From: Bacteroidaceae bacterium
GTDB taxonomy: Bacteria; Bacteroidota; Bacteroidia; Bacteroidales; Bacteroidaceae
Direction: 5' to 3'
NCBI GenBank assembly: GCA_017557005.1
Contig: JAFZFZ010000033.1
Span: forward strand, 10,730 to 74,729
DNA: 64,000 bases
In this document: one piece after another, positions 26,210 to 38,409 of the stretch
Numbering within the stretch: the stretch's first letter is position 1
How the letters are laid out: every line of letters starts with the position of its first letter
The notes under the pieces: generated by a model
Told to the model about the DNA's origin: nothing
Database searches by the model: none
The model's input: the letters and a program-made list of their open reading frames with translations, nothing else
Position numbers and translations under genes: made by a program

Positions 26210-28114
26210 TTAGTCGGGTATCTCGCTCAGTTCGAGCCAACGCATGGTCTTCTCATCCAACTCTTCGTTGAGAGCCGAGAGGCGAATGGACTTCTCGGTA
26301 AGCTCCTCGGCACCGAGGGTGCCCGTGCAGAGCGCCTCTTCGATGGCAGCCTTCTCGGCTTCGAGAGCGGCAATGCTCTGCTCTACTGCGGCAAACTCCT
26401 GGCGTTCCTTGAAGGTTTTCTTACGAGGACGGCCCCCCTCATTCCCCCCATGGGGGGATGACTCGGGCTGTACCGCCTGCTTGGGAGCCTGCTTCTTCCC
26501 ACCTTGGGGGGATAAGAGGGGGGCTTTTTCTTGCATCTCCTTCCACTCACGATACTGCGTATAGTTGCCGGGGAAGTCGCGTATGTCGCCCTGTCCATTG
26601 AATACCAGTAGGTGGTCTACAATCTTATCCATGAAGTAGCGGTCGTGACTCACTACGATGACGCAGCCGGCAAAGTCGCGCAAGTACTCCTCCAGCACCT
26701 GCAGGGTGAGGATGTCGAGGTCGTTGGTAGGCTCGTCAAGGATGAGGAAGTTGGGGTTGCGCATGAGCACCGTGCACAGGTAGAGTCGGCGGCACTCGCC
26801 TCCGCTGAGCTTGTACACATAGCTGTGCTGCTTCTCGGGCGGGAAGAGGAAGTGCTGCAGAAACTGCGATGCCGTGAGCTGCTTGCCTCCGGCCATGGGG
26901 ATCACCTCGGCAATCTCGCGTGCCACGTCGATGACCTTCATCTGCTCGTCAAACTGCAAGCCCTCCTGCGAGTAGTAGCCGAAGCGTACGGTCTCGCCAA
27001 TGTCGAGGCGACCACTGTCGGGAGCGATCTCTCCCATGAGGAGCTTGAGGAACGAACTCTTGCCCGTGCCATTGTCGCCCACGATGCCGAGCTTCTCGTA
27101 GCGCGAGAAGATGTAGGAGAACTTATCCAGAATGCAGCGGTCGCCAAAGCGGAGCGAGAGCTCATCGGCCTCGAAGATCTTGCTGCCTATGTACGAAGAT
27201 TTTACGTTGAGTTGCACTCGGTCGTTTGCCACGCGCTGCTTGGCCACCTTCTCCAGTTCGTAGAAGGCCTCCTCGCGGTAGCGTGCCTTGTGTCCGCGGG
27301 CTTGCGGCATGCGGCGCATCCATTCCAACTCGGTGCGGTATAGGTTGTTGGCACGCACGATCTCGGTGTTGCGGGCCTCGATGCGCTCTTCACGCTTCTC
27401 GAGGTAGTAGCTATAGTTGCCCTTGTAGGAGTATACGGTGCGGTCGTCAATCTCGATGATCTCGTTGCATACGTTGTCAAGGAAGTAGCGGTCGTGCGTC
27501 ACCATGAGCAGCGTAGCGGTGCTGCGGGTGAGGTAATCCTCGAGCCACTCGATGAGGGGCAGGTCGAGGTGGTTGGTGGGCTAGTCGAGGATGAGCATGT
27601 CGGGGTTGCCGATGAGCACGTTGGCCAAGGCTACACGCTTGAGCTGTCCGCCCGAGAGGGTCTCCACCTTTTGGTTATAGTCGGTGATGTGCAGCGACGA
27701 GAGTATCTGCTTGGCGCGTTGCTCGTAGTTCCACGCATCGGCATGCTCCATGCGGTCGAGCAGGGCATCCAATCCGGGTGTGCCCGGTGTCTCAAGGCAC
27801 TGCTCATATTCGCGTATGAGCTGCAGTGTGTCGTTCGTCTCGTGGAAACAGGCCTCCAGCACAGTGAGTCCGGCGGGGTATACGGGGCGCTGGCGTAGGT
27901 AGCCTACGCGTAGGTCGTTCTTATATACGATGCTACCCTCGTCGTGTCCTTCGATGCCGGCCAGCACATCGAGCAAGGTGCTCTTGCCTGCTCCGTTGCG
28001 GGCGATAAGGCCTACGCGCTGTCCCTGGGCCACACCGAATGAGATGCCCGAGAAGAGCACAAGATCGCCATACGACTTGGTGAGTCCGTCAACTTGCAGG
28101 TAAGGTATCAGCAT
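26210..28114 (-). pseudogene. ABC-F family ATPase (Uup/YbiT-like) interrupted by one in-frame TAG
   Basis: ORFs 27581-28114 and 26210-27505 are in the same frame. The sequence reads ...MLILD-TAG-PTNHLDLPLIEW..., so the stop sits where the Walker-B Glu of 'LDEPTNHLD' is expected. The gene has two Walker A motifs ('NGAGKST', 'NGTGKSS'). Confidence 0.8.
26425..26525. repeat. GC-rich palindromic elements embedded in the ABC-F coding sequence
   Basis: There is a perfect 16-bp palindrome TCCCCCCATGGGGGGA (26443-26458) and an imperfect one, TCCCACCTTGGGGGGA (26497-26512). Together they encode 'LLSPQGG...SSPHGGNEGG'. Confidence 0.7.
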
Positions 28115-28932
28115 GAAGCGGCCTCCTCTATGCGTGAGCGCACCTCTTCTACGATATCCTTCATCTCTATCTCAGTGAGCAACTCGCCCTGCTTGCCAAA
28201 GAGTAGCATGGGGCGTGCCACACAGGTGTCGCCATACATGAGCACAGGAGCCTCCACCTTGCCATTCACATAGGTGTTCCACTCCAAGCCCTCGATGCTC
28301 TCAGTGAGCAGCGTACATAGCACCACGCCCATCACCGCACCGGCATCGGTGCCCAGTTGCTTGGTGAGCTCGGGGCGTTGTGCAAGCTTCTGCAGCAGAC
28401 GCACGTTGTAGTCGAAATCGCGGAATCGCTCCTTGAAGAGCTTCATGCCGAGTTCCTCAATGGTGGCGTAGCACGACTCGATGAGTTCGACCTCCGACAC
28501 ACGCACGGGGATGTATTGACCATGGAATGCGTCGCGAGGCTGCAATATCTCCAGCGAGGCGATGATGGCATTTACCGTACCCAGATGCTCCTCTACAGGC
28601 GCTGTGAACGAGCATTCTACGCAGGTCTGTCCGCAGCCTATCGTCCAGCGGTGCGTGGTATACTCCACCAATTGCTCGGTGAACGACTCGGCGCTATATA
28701 CCGTCTCCCAACGGGCCACCTTGGCCAGGCGTGCAGCAGGAGCCTTCAGCGCTTGGCGCATCATGGTGTCGCCAAACGACGATGAGGCATCACGGTAAGC
28801 AGAAATACGGAAATTGCCGTCCCACTTCTCGGGGTTGTAGAAAAGGAAGCAATCGGGTTCTTCACTAAACTCAAACCATGCGTCGGGGTATGAAAATGCA
28901 AACCACGAACCAGGAGATATAAACTTTTTCAT
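28108..28932 (-). CDS. Hypothetical cytoplasmic protein (possibly DUF3805/DUF3806-type), overlapping the ABC-F start
   Basis: 274 aa with no signal peptide. Its stop overlaps the ABC-F ATG region by 7 nt. The family assignment is from memory only. Confidence 0.45.
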   Translation of the reverse strand: MKKFISPGSWFAFSYPDAWFEFSEEPDCFLFYNPEKWDGNFRISAYRDASSSFGDTMMRQALKAPAARLAKVARWETVYSAESFTEQLVEYTTHRWTIGCGQTCVECSFTAPVEEHLGTVNAIIASLEILQPRDAFHGQYIPVRVSEVELIESCYATIEELGMKLFKERFRDFDYNVRLLQKLAQRPELTKQLGTDAGAVMGVVLCTLLTESIEGLEWNTYVNGKVEAPVLMYGDTCVARPMLLFGKQGELLTEIEMKDIVEEVRSRIEEAASC

Positions 28933-29004
28933 ATCGTCATACGTTTTATTGGCACAAAATTAAAAAAAAATGGCCAACATATTGCCATTATAAACTAAAA
29001 TATC

Positions 29005-29012
29005 TACTTTTG
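29005..29012 (+). promoter_or_regulatory. -7 box TACTTTTG upstream of rho (implies a leader of about 135 nt)
   Basis: Exact TAnnTTTG match. Confidence 0.45.
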
Positions 29013-29149
29013 TAGTGTCAAAATTGACTCCACACTTAGTTTTTCCATATATTTTATAATTATTGTAATTACGCGTGCATCTCTCCCTGAGGGAAGAGTG
29101 TGTCAAAGTGGGTGGTGGAGGAAAATCGAAAAAAACATTATCTACTTAT

Positions 29150-31183
29150 ATGTACAACATTATCCAATTGAGCAACAAGGAGTTGGGCGAACTGCAAGAA
29201 ATCGCCAATGAAATGGGCATCAAAGGTGCCAAGTCGCTCGAACGTCAACAACTGATCTATAGCATCCTCGACGAACAGGCCATTGCCAGTTCGCAGAAGA
29301 AGGCTGCTGCCGAGGAGAACCGCACAGAACGTCGCCAACGCACACGAATCAATAAGAAAGAGGTAGCCAACAAGGTCTATTCAGCAGATAAGGACAAGGC
29401 CGAAAAAATAAACGACACCCCTAAGATTGTAGCTACTCCCATCGAGAAGAAGGAGGCCCCAGCTAAGGAGCAACCCGCCCCCCAACAGGAGGTGCAGCCC
29501 GTAGCCGAGACTCCGGCAGTGGAAGAGAAGCAGGAATCCGTTGCGCAGCAGTCAAAGAAGCGCGGCCGCAAGCCCAAAGCACAGCAGGGTAACCAACCCG
29601 AGGCAGCAGCCGTACAGGACGAACCAAAGGGTGCCGAGGTGGCGGCCGAGGTGGTAGAGAAGGCTCAGACAGAGCCCGCCCCTGCACAGGCTACCGAGAA
29701 GTCGGCCCCTGCACAGAAGAATCGTAGTCGCAAGTCAAACAATAAGAAGTCTGCCAATGATGCAGCTCCCGAGAAGGTGGTGCCCGTATTGCCCGAGATT
29801 GAGCCGAGCGATTCGCCCGTAGAGGCCGCCTCAGAGGAGTTCGTAGCCATTGAGGACCTCCCCACTGAAGGTGCAACTCTCCCCGCTGAACTCATCGGCA
29901 AGTTCGAGGCCACCAAGCTTGACAATGCAGAGCAGCCCCAAGGCGCGCCCCGCAAGAAAGGCAAGTACAATAAGGAAAAGGCGAGCAACGCGAGCAGCGA
30001 TGCCCCCCAGCAAGAGGAGAAGACACAGGAGCAACAGCGCAAGCCCGAGATGGAACGCTACGATTTCGAAGACATCATCGAGGTCAACGGTGTGCTTGAG
30101 ATCATGCCCGATAACTACGGCTTCCTCCGTTCGGCCGACTACAACTACCTTGCTTCGCCCGACGATATCTACGTGTCGCAGAATCAGATCCGACTCTACG
30201 GTCTCAAGACTGGCGACGTGGTGGAAGGTACCATTCGCCCGGCTCGTGAGGGCGAGAAATACTTCCCCTTGGTGAAGGTCAACCTCATCAACGGCCTCGC
30301 TCCTGGCGTTGCCCGCGACCGTGTACCTTTCGAGCACCTCACCCCGCTCTTCCCCGACGAGAAGTTCACCCTTTGCAAAGGATATAACGACACCCTCTCG
30401 GCCCGCGTGGTAGATCTCTTCTCACCCATCGGTAAGGGTCAGCGCGGACTCATCGTAGCTCAGCCCAAGACCGGTAAGACCATCCTCCTGAAGGATATCG
30501 CCAACGCCATCGCTGCCAACCACCCCGAGGTATACATGATCATGCTTCTCATCGACGAGCGCCCCGAGGAGGTGACTGATATGGCACGTAGCGTCAATGC
30601 CGAGGTTATCGCCTCTACCTTCGACGAGCCTGCCGAACGCCATGTCAAGATTGCAGGTATCGTGCTCGAGAAGGCCAAGCGTATGGTCGAGTGCGGACAC
30701 GATGTGGTCATTTTCCTTGATTCTATTACCCGTTTGGCCCGCGCCTACAACACCGTGTCACCCGCATCAGGCAAGATCCTCTCAGGTGGTGTCGATGCCA
30801 ACGCACTGCACAAGCCCAAGCGCTTCTTCGGTGCTGCCCGTAACATCGAGAACGGTGGTTCGCTCACCATCATCGCCACTGCCCTCACTGATACTGGTTC
30901 CAAGATGGACGAAGTTATCTTTGAGGAGTTCAAGGGAACCGGTAACATGGAGCTCCAGCTCGACCGCAACCTGGCCAACAAGCGTATCTTCCCTGCGGTC
31001 AATATCGTGGCATCAAGCACCCGTCGCGACGATCTGCTGCACGACAAGCAGACCCTCGACCGCATGTGGATTCTGCGCAAGTTCCTCTCCGATATGAACC
31101 CCATCGAGGCCATGGACTTCACCAAAGGCCGCTTGGAAAACACCAAGTCAAACGATGAGTTCCTCCTGAGCATGAACTCATAA
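29150..31183 (+). CDS. rho: Transcription termination factor Rho with a long low-complexity N-terminal insertion
   Basis: Rho_N '[18 protein letters not shown]', CSD-like '[16 protein letters not shown]', Walker A 'AQPKTGKT' and 'LIDERPEEV'. About 257 aa of K/E/A/P/Q-rich sequence lies between Rho_N and the CSD. The ORF track starts at GTG 29075; the ATG at 29150 is preferred. Confidence 0.93.
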   Translation: MYNIIQLSNKELGELQEIANEMGIKGAKSLERQQLIYSILDEQAIASSQKKAAAEENRTERRQRTRINKKEVANKVYSADKDKAEKINDTPKIVATPIEKKEAPAKEQPAPQQEVQPVAETPAVEEKQESVAQQSKKRGRKPKAQQGNQPEAAAVQDEPKGAEVAAEVVEKAQTEPAPAQATEKSAPAQKNRSRKSNNKKSANDAAPEKVVPVLPEIEPSDSPVEAASEEFVAIEDLPTEGATLPAELIGKFEATKLDNAEQPQGAPRKKGKYNKEKASNASSDAPQQEEKTQEQQRKPEMERYDFEDIIEVNGVLEIMPDNYGFLRSADYNYLASPDDIYVSQNQIRLYGLKTGDVVEGTIRPAREGEKYFPLVKVNLINGLAPGVARDRVPFEHLTPLFPDEKFTLCKGYNDTLSARVVDLFSPIGKGQRGLIVAQPKTGKTILLKDIANAIAANHPEVYMIMLLIDERPEEVTDMARSVNAEVIASTFDEPAERHVKIAGIVLEKAKRMVECGHDVVIFLDSITRLARAYNTVSPASGKILSGGVDANALHKPKRFFGAARNIENGGSLTIIATALTDTGSKMDEVIFEEFKGTGNMELQLDRNLANKRIFPAVNIVASSTRRDDLLHDKQTLDRMWILRKFLSDMNPIEAMDFTKGRLENTKSNDEFLLSMNS

Positions 31184-31203
31184 GAGCAAAATACAATAGA
31201 ATT

Positions 31204-31241
31204 GAGAGGATGTATCACCGAGATACATCCTCTCTTCATTT
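31204..31241 (+). terminator. Terminator hairpin after rho
   Basis: A 13-bp stem GAGAGGATGTATC/GATACATCCTCTC with loop ACCGA is followed by TTCATTTT. Confidence 0.65.
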
Positions 31242-31363
31242 TGGATTGATCTTTAGCGCTTGCCGTACTGTTTTTGAGGCTTGTCGCGCCAAGGATGAGG
31301 CTTGCGAGCCGATTTGTTGGGCTCAGCACACCCTCTGTTAGGCAGCGCGCCATATGAAAAGGA

Positions 31364-31539
31364 TTATAGTTTATGGTTTATAGTAACCTTGCTCTGTTTG
31401 GCTAGGTGCCCATTATATATATTGCTTATCTTGTAATTAGATATATTATATCTTATTACTAGATAAGGACTTTTTTATATAAACATTTTTACCTCTATCG
31501 AGAGTGCGCATATTAATTATAAACCCTAAACTATAAACC
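31364..31539. repeat. About 20-bp inverted repeats (TTATAGTTTATGGTTTATAG / reverse complement of TATAAACCCTAAACTATAAACC) flanking a ~130-bp AT-rich core
   Basis: Read directly from the sequence, with about 19 of 21 positions matching. Confidence 0.55.
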
Positions 31540-31604
31540 TAACGTGTTATGTGATGCAAGATGCTTCTTCCGCGATGCATTTAATAGGCACTATATAATA
31601 ATGC

Positions 31605-31637
31605 AGAGAGGATGTATCGTACGGATACATCCTCTCT
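31605..31637. repeat. Second copy of the same 13-bp-stem hairpin (loop GTACG), downstream of the T9SS protein gene
   Basis: The stem sequence is identical to the hairpin at 31204-31234. There is no clear T-run on either strand. Confidence 0.6.
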
Positions 31638-31664
31638 GCTATTTGTAGTCAGGCTTCTGACGGT

Positions 31665-34496
31665 TTACCAACGTACCTTCTTGCCGTTGATGATATAGAT
31701 CTCACCCTTCAAAGGTTCCAGCACGCGGCGACCATAGAGGTCGTAGCACACGATGTGCTCGCTTTGCATGATGGCCTCAATAGTGGTGTCGATGATGGCG
31801 AAGGTGATGGTGGTGCTGCCGCTATAGTTGCCCATGAATGTGATGAGCACAGTACCTGTACCAGCTTCGAGATTGTCGCTGATTGTTACAACGTAGTCTT
31901 GACCCTCAACGAGTGCGGTATCGCCATACATTACTGTGATGCTCGGCTCGATGAGTTCGCCAGTGAATTCATAGCTATCAGCAATGCCTTTGACAACAAC
32001 CTCATCGGTCATATCCTTGGGAAGGATGGTGAACTCGAGTGTAGCAACTACGCCTTCGTAGTTGATGCTTGCTGTATGTGTGCCTACGCTTGTGCAATCG
32101 CCTTCATAGGTGATGAACTCCTCGAGGTTGGTCAAACCGGGATAGTTGCCTGCGAGGGTGACGCGCTTGGGTGCACCGCTATATGTGGCATCCAGCGGAG
32201 CTTGCAGAGTGATGGTTGCTGTGGGGGTAGGGCAGTTGGCATTTGTGTCGCTACATGTAGCATATATGGTAGCGCCATCGGCAGTGTAGGTCCACTCGTG
32301 CTCGTGCTTGAGCAGGTTTACAGTTGCTGTCAGTGTGTTGGCAGCGAATGCGTAGTTTGTGTTGAGCATGTCGAAGGTGATGAGTACCTCGCTTGTGGTG
32401 CCCTCTACGTTCTCGCCTACGAGCTGTGTTGTAGTGGTGTAGTCGGTAGCGGCCAACTCAGTGTCGAATGCAACGTTGGTGACTACGAAGGTGTAGTTGC
32501 CTTCGGCGTCGAATGCAACGTCGGCAATGCTTGCGCTGAGTACGGTGATGGTCATGGGGGCCATGCCGGTAGATGCGCGGAGTGTGCCGGTGTAGTTGCC
32601 ATTAGCGGTGAAGGTTGCTTTGTCGGCTACGTTGGTAACCTGACTCCATGTGCCGGTAACAACGCCGTAGCCTTCGAGGGTAACCTCGGCTGTGGGTGTC
32701 TGTGCCTTGCCGGTGTAGGTCATGGTTGCGAACGTACCAACTGTAGCACCTGCGATATCCTTAGCCTGCATGTTGCAAGCTACGTTGCTGATGGCGCCGG
32801 TGTAGTTGCCATTAGCGGTGAAGGTTGCCTTGTCGGTCACATTGGTAACCTGACTCCATGTACCGGTAATAGCGCCGTAGCCTTCGAGGGTAACCTCTGC
32901 TGCGGGTGTTTGTGCCTTGCCTGTATAGGTCATGGTTGCGAACGTACCAACTGTAGCACCTGCGATGTCCTTGGCCTGCATGTTGCATGCTACGTTGCTG
33001 ATGGTGCCGGTGTAGTTGCCATTAGCGGTGAAGGTGGTCTTGTCGGTCACATTGGTAACCTGACTCCATGTGCCGGTAATAGCGCCGTATCCCTCGAGGG
33101 TAACCTCTGCTGCGGGTGTTTGTGCCTTGCCAGTGTAGGTCATGGCTGCGAAATTGCCCACTACTGCAGCGGCGATATCCTTAGCTTTGATGGTGTATTC
33201 AATGGTTGCTGTAGCACCACCGAGTGTGATGCTTGCAGTATAGGTGCCCACGTTGATGGGTGCATTGCCACTGCTGTATACTACTGTGGGGTTCTGCACG
33301 CCCTCAATAGCGCCTTCCAAAGTTACCGCCTTAGCTTTGCTACTATAGGTAAGGTCAGAGGGCAATACCATAGTGATAGTACCTAACGCCTCGCCACAAT
33401 CGCTACAGAGCACCTTGAGACTTGCACCAGCAGCCTCGTACTTAAAGGTGTGCTCATGTACGGGTTTGGCAAACTGTATATAATAGGTGTGGTTTGATTG
33501 ACCGTCGATATCGGCATCAACATTTGATACGACGATGGTCAGCACTGCGCTCTCCTCATTATACAGCGTAGTAGCTGTGGCTGACTGTCCGTTGAGGGTG
33601 TAGGCCAACTTCGAAGCATCGTATGTAACTGATGACATGTCCAATACACCATCTACTGCGGGGATGTTGAGTGTAGCACCGTCGTACGAGAGGGTCTTCA
33701 GTGTAGAATAGTATACGAAACGGATGTCGTCAGCAATGAGGGTGGTGTTCTCCTTCAAACTAGAACGATCCCAATAGTTACCACCTGAGATAACGACATT
33801 CATCATGGTGGGTGCTGACGTTGAAACATAGTTCAAAGGTACGGTGATGGTCTGCCAATCACCATTGGTAGAGGTGAATGCATAGTCGCATGAGGCAACC
33901 AAGGTACCAGAGGTTGTGGGTGTGGTTTTGCCCAAGATGGCATAATCAACATTGTCTCTTAATTCTGAAGGTGAAGAAACGGAACCTACCTTCGAGGTAA
34001 ACGTACCATTCCACAAGTAAGCGACGATGTATGAGTTTTCACCAGTAGAGTCGGTTCGCTTGTATCTGCCAGTGATAGCATCGGGTTTGTATGTGAAGTT
34101 AAGACCTCCGTATGTACCACCATTACACTCCTTAACTTTGGCTACAGCATACACCCATGGGGTGCCAAATGTGATATAGCCAGGAGCTACCGAACCAATC
34201 TTTGTGATACCGAGGTTAATTCCTACATAGGTATTTACCATCTTAACGGCGTTGTTGTCGTTGTAGATAAGTTGCTGCTCCTTTGTGACACCTGATACCT
34301 TCTGGTTTACACTTGATCCATTCCACTCAGAAGGCTCTACGCCGGGGCGTTGGCGCATGCCTTCGGTAGCACCAAATGATTCAGTGCTTGCGCATGAGCT
34401 TTTCCAATTGTTAAAACCGTAGTTAGGCAGCTGCTGTGCACGAGCAGACAAGACGATACCGCCTAAAATACTAAAAACGAGTAAAAATTTCTTCAT
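31665..34496 (-). CDS. T9SS-sorted cell-surface protein with an N-terminal PCMD-like domain, tandem Ig-like (MBG/'GNYTG') repeats and a C-terminal sorting domain
   Basis: Signal peptide 'MKKFLLVFSILGGIVLSARAQ', N-terminal 'LPNYGFNNWKS...', three near-identical 70-aa repeats 'MTYTGKAQTP..EVTLEGYG..TGTWSQVTNV', and the C-terminal end 'GEIYIINGKKVRW'. Confidence 0.75.
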   Translation of the reverse strand: MKKFLLVFSILGGIVLSARAQQLPNYGFNNWKSSCASTESFGATEGMRQRPGVEPSEWNGSSVNQKVSGVTKEQQLIYNDNNAVKMVNTYVGINLGITKIGSVAPGYITFGTPWVYAVAKVKECNGGTYGGLNFTYKPDAITGRYKRTDSTGENSYIVAYLWNGTFTSKVGSVSSPSELRDNVDYAILGKTTPTTSGTLVASCDYAFTSTNGDWQTITVPLNYVSTSAPTMMNVVISGGNYWDRSSLKENTTLIADDIRFVYYSTLKTLSYDGATLNIPAVDGVLDMSSVTYDASKLAYTLNGQSATATTLYNEESAVLTIVVSNVDADIDGQSNHTYYIQFAKPVHEHTFKYEAAGASLKVLCSDCGEALGTITMVLPSDLTYSSKAKAVTLEGAIEGVQNPTVVYSSGNAPINVGTYTASITLGGATATIEYTIKAKDIAAAVVGNFAAMTYTGKAQTPAAEVTLEGYGAITGTWSQVTNVTDKTTFTANGNYTGTISNVACNMQAKDIAGATVGTFATMTYTGKAQTPAAEVTLEGYGAITGTWSQVTNVTDKATFTANGNYTGAISNVACNMQAKDIAGATVGTFATMTYTGKAQTPTAEVTLEGYGVVTGTWSQVTNVADKATFTANGNYTGTLRASTGMAPMTITVLSASIADVAFDAEGNYTFVVTNVAFDTELAATDYTTTTQLVGENVEGTTSEVLITFDMLNTNYAFAANTLTATVNLLKHEHEWTYTADGATIYATCSDTNANCPTPTATITLQAPLDATYSGAPKRVTLAGNYPGLTNLEEFITYEGDCTSVGTHTASINYEGVVATLEFTILPKDMTDEVVVKGIADSYEFTGELIEPSITVMYGDTALVEGQDYVVTISDNLEAGTGTVLITFMGNYSGSTTITFAIIDTTIEAIMQSEHIVCYDLYGRRVLEPLKGEIYIINGKKVRW
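32575..33187 (-). repeat. Three tandem 210-bp (70-aa) near-identical coding repeats
   Basis: The period was measured from CCGGTGTAGTTGCCATTAGCGGTGAAGG at 32587, 32797 and 33007. Confidence 0.85.
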
Positions 34497-34733
34497 ATAT
34501 TCCTTTGTTTCATGATTTTTCAAAAAACGGCGCAAAATTACTAAAAAACCGAGTAATAACAAAATTTACCTCGGTCTACTTGTTGTTTTGGTATGTTGGG
34601 ACAGGTGAAGGGACCAATTTCGTGCTCTTAGGGGCGAACATAGCGATGTCATCATGACAACAAGAGATGTGGCGCCACACATCGTGTAGCGCCACATCGT
34701 ATCTGAACTAAATTGGCCGAAAGTGGCAATGCG

Positions 34734-37400
<2,667 letters not shown>

Positions 37401-37551
37401 TTTGTGTTTTTCGCAACCTATACGGAGCAAATTCTTTCCTCGATACGACCATAAGCACTTAAAATGGGGGTGTTGTGGCCAATAAACTCCCCACAGGGGC
37501 GAACGTCGCAGCGTAGGGATAAGCGTAAACCCTTCGTTTTTGTAATTGTTA

Positions 37552-37559
37552 TACCTTTG
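37552..37559 (+). promoter_or_regulatory. -7 box TACCTTTG for the SDR/ALDH gene pair
   Basis: Exact consensus match 36 nt upstream of the ATG at 37595. Confidence 0.55.
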
Positions 37560-37594
37560 CGGCCGAAAAGATTTAATGTACACAATACGCATTT

Positions 37595-38401
37595 ATGAAA
37601 TTTGAAAACAGCAATGTACTTATCACCGGAGGTGCTTCGGGAATAGGTAAGATCATGGGCCGCATGGCCCTGGAGAAGGGCGCAAAGTGCCTCATCATTT
37701 GGGATATCAACGAACAGAATATAGCAGCTACTGTAGAGGAGTTTGCTTCAAAGGGCATGGTGAAGGGCTACCGTGTGGACGTAGGTAATGTGGAGGTGAT
37801 ACGCGAGGCCTATAGCACGACAGTGAAGGAGTGTGGCGATATCGACATCCTTATCAACAATGCGGGTATCATCACCAGCAACAAGACCTTTGACCAGATA
37901 GATATATCGGAGATTGACCGCACCATGCTGATCAATGCCCTCGCACCTATGTATGTGACTCGTGAGATACTGCCCGATATGTTGCGTCGCGAGCAGGGAC
38001 ACATCTGCAATATCACCTCGGCGGGTGGTATGCTGGGCAATCCGCGCATGGCCGTATATGGTGCCAGTAAGTGGGCTGCCATTGGATGGTCTGATTCTGT
38101 GCGCATCGAACTGCAGGAGCAGAAGAGCAAGGTGCGTGTCACCACCATCACTCCTTATTATATAAATACGGGCATGTTTGATGGCGTGAAGTCGCCCATC
38201 ATCCCTGTGCTCAAGCCCGAGTATGTGGCGAAGAGAGTTATCCGTGCCATCGAGAAGAACCTCGTGTTCCGCGGTATTCCCTTCGGCCTGCACTTCATCC
38301 GCTTCTGGCAGTTTATTCTTCCAATCCCTGTTTTTGACTTTTTCTTCGGAAAAGTGTTTGGTATTTATCACACAATGGATAACTTTGTGGGAAGAAAATA
38401 A
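37595..38401 (+). CDS. Short-chain dehydrogenase/reductase (SDR)
   Basis: 'ITGGASGIGK' cofactor motif, 'NNAG', and catalytic 'YGASK'. Confidence 0.88.
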   Translation: MKFENSNVLITGGASGIGKIMGRMALEKGAKCLIIWDINEQNIAATVEEFASKGMVKGYRVDVGNVEVIREAYSTTVKECGDIDILINNAGIITSNKTFDQIDISEIDRTMLINALAPMYVTREILPDMLRREQGHICNITSAGGMLGNPRMAVYGASKWAAIGWSDSVRIELQEQKSKVRVTTITPYYINTGMFDGVKSPIIPVLKPEYVAKRVIRAIEKNLVFRGIPFGLHFIRFWQFILPIPVFDFFFGKVFGIYHTMDNFVGRK

Positions 38402-38409
38402 GGTTAGTA

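Noticed and set aside
31364-31539. Could the inverted-repeat-flanked ~175-bp AT-rich segment be a Bacteroidales-type invertible promoter?
   Set aside because: It sits between two convergent gene ends, so it has no gene to drive. I found no exact TAnnTTTG box inside, no ARACGTWCGT-type recombinase site, and no site-specific recombinase gene in the window.
32575-33187. Could the near-identical 210-bp repeats be a diversity-generating retroelement template/variable-region pair?
   Set aside because: No reverse transcriptase or accessory gene is nearby. The differences between copies are few and not obviously restricted to adenine positions. The units are tandem structural domains.
31755-33386. 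A 543-aa plus-strand ORF lies antisense to the T9SS surface-protein gene. Other long antisense ORFs include 34713-35576, 44167-45522, 39903-40643, 40664-41245, 18171-18929 and 26612-27343.
   Set aside because: Each lies entirely inside a well-supported gene on the opposite strand. Their composition is Gly/Cys/Val/Ala/Arg-rich and degenerate, with no recognisable motifs. They are the usual shadow ORFs of GC-rich third-position coding sequence.
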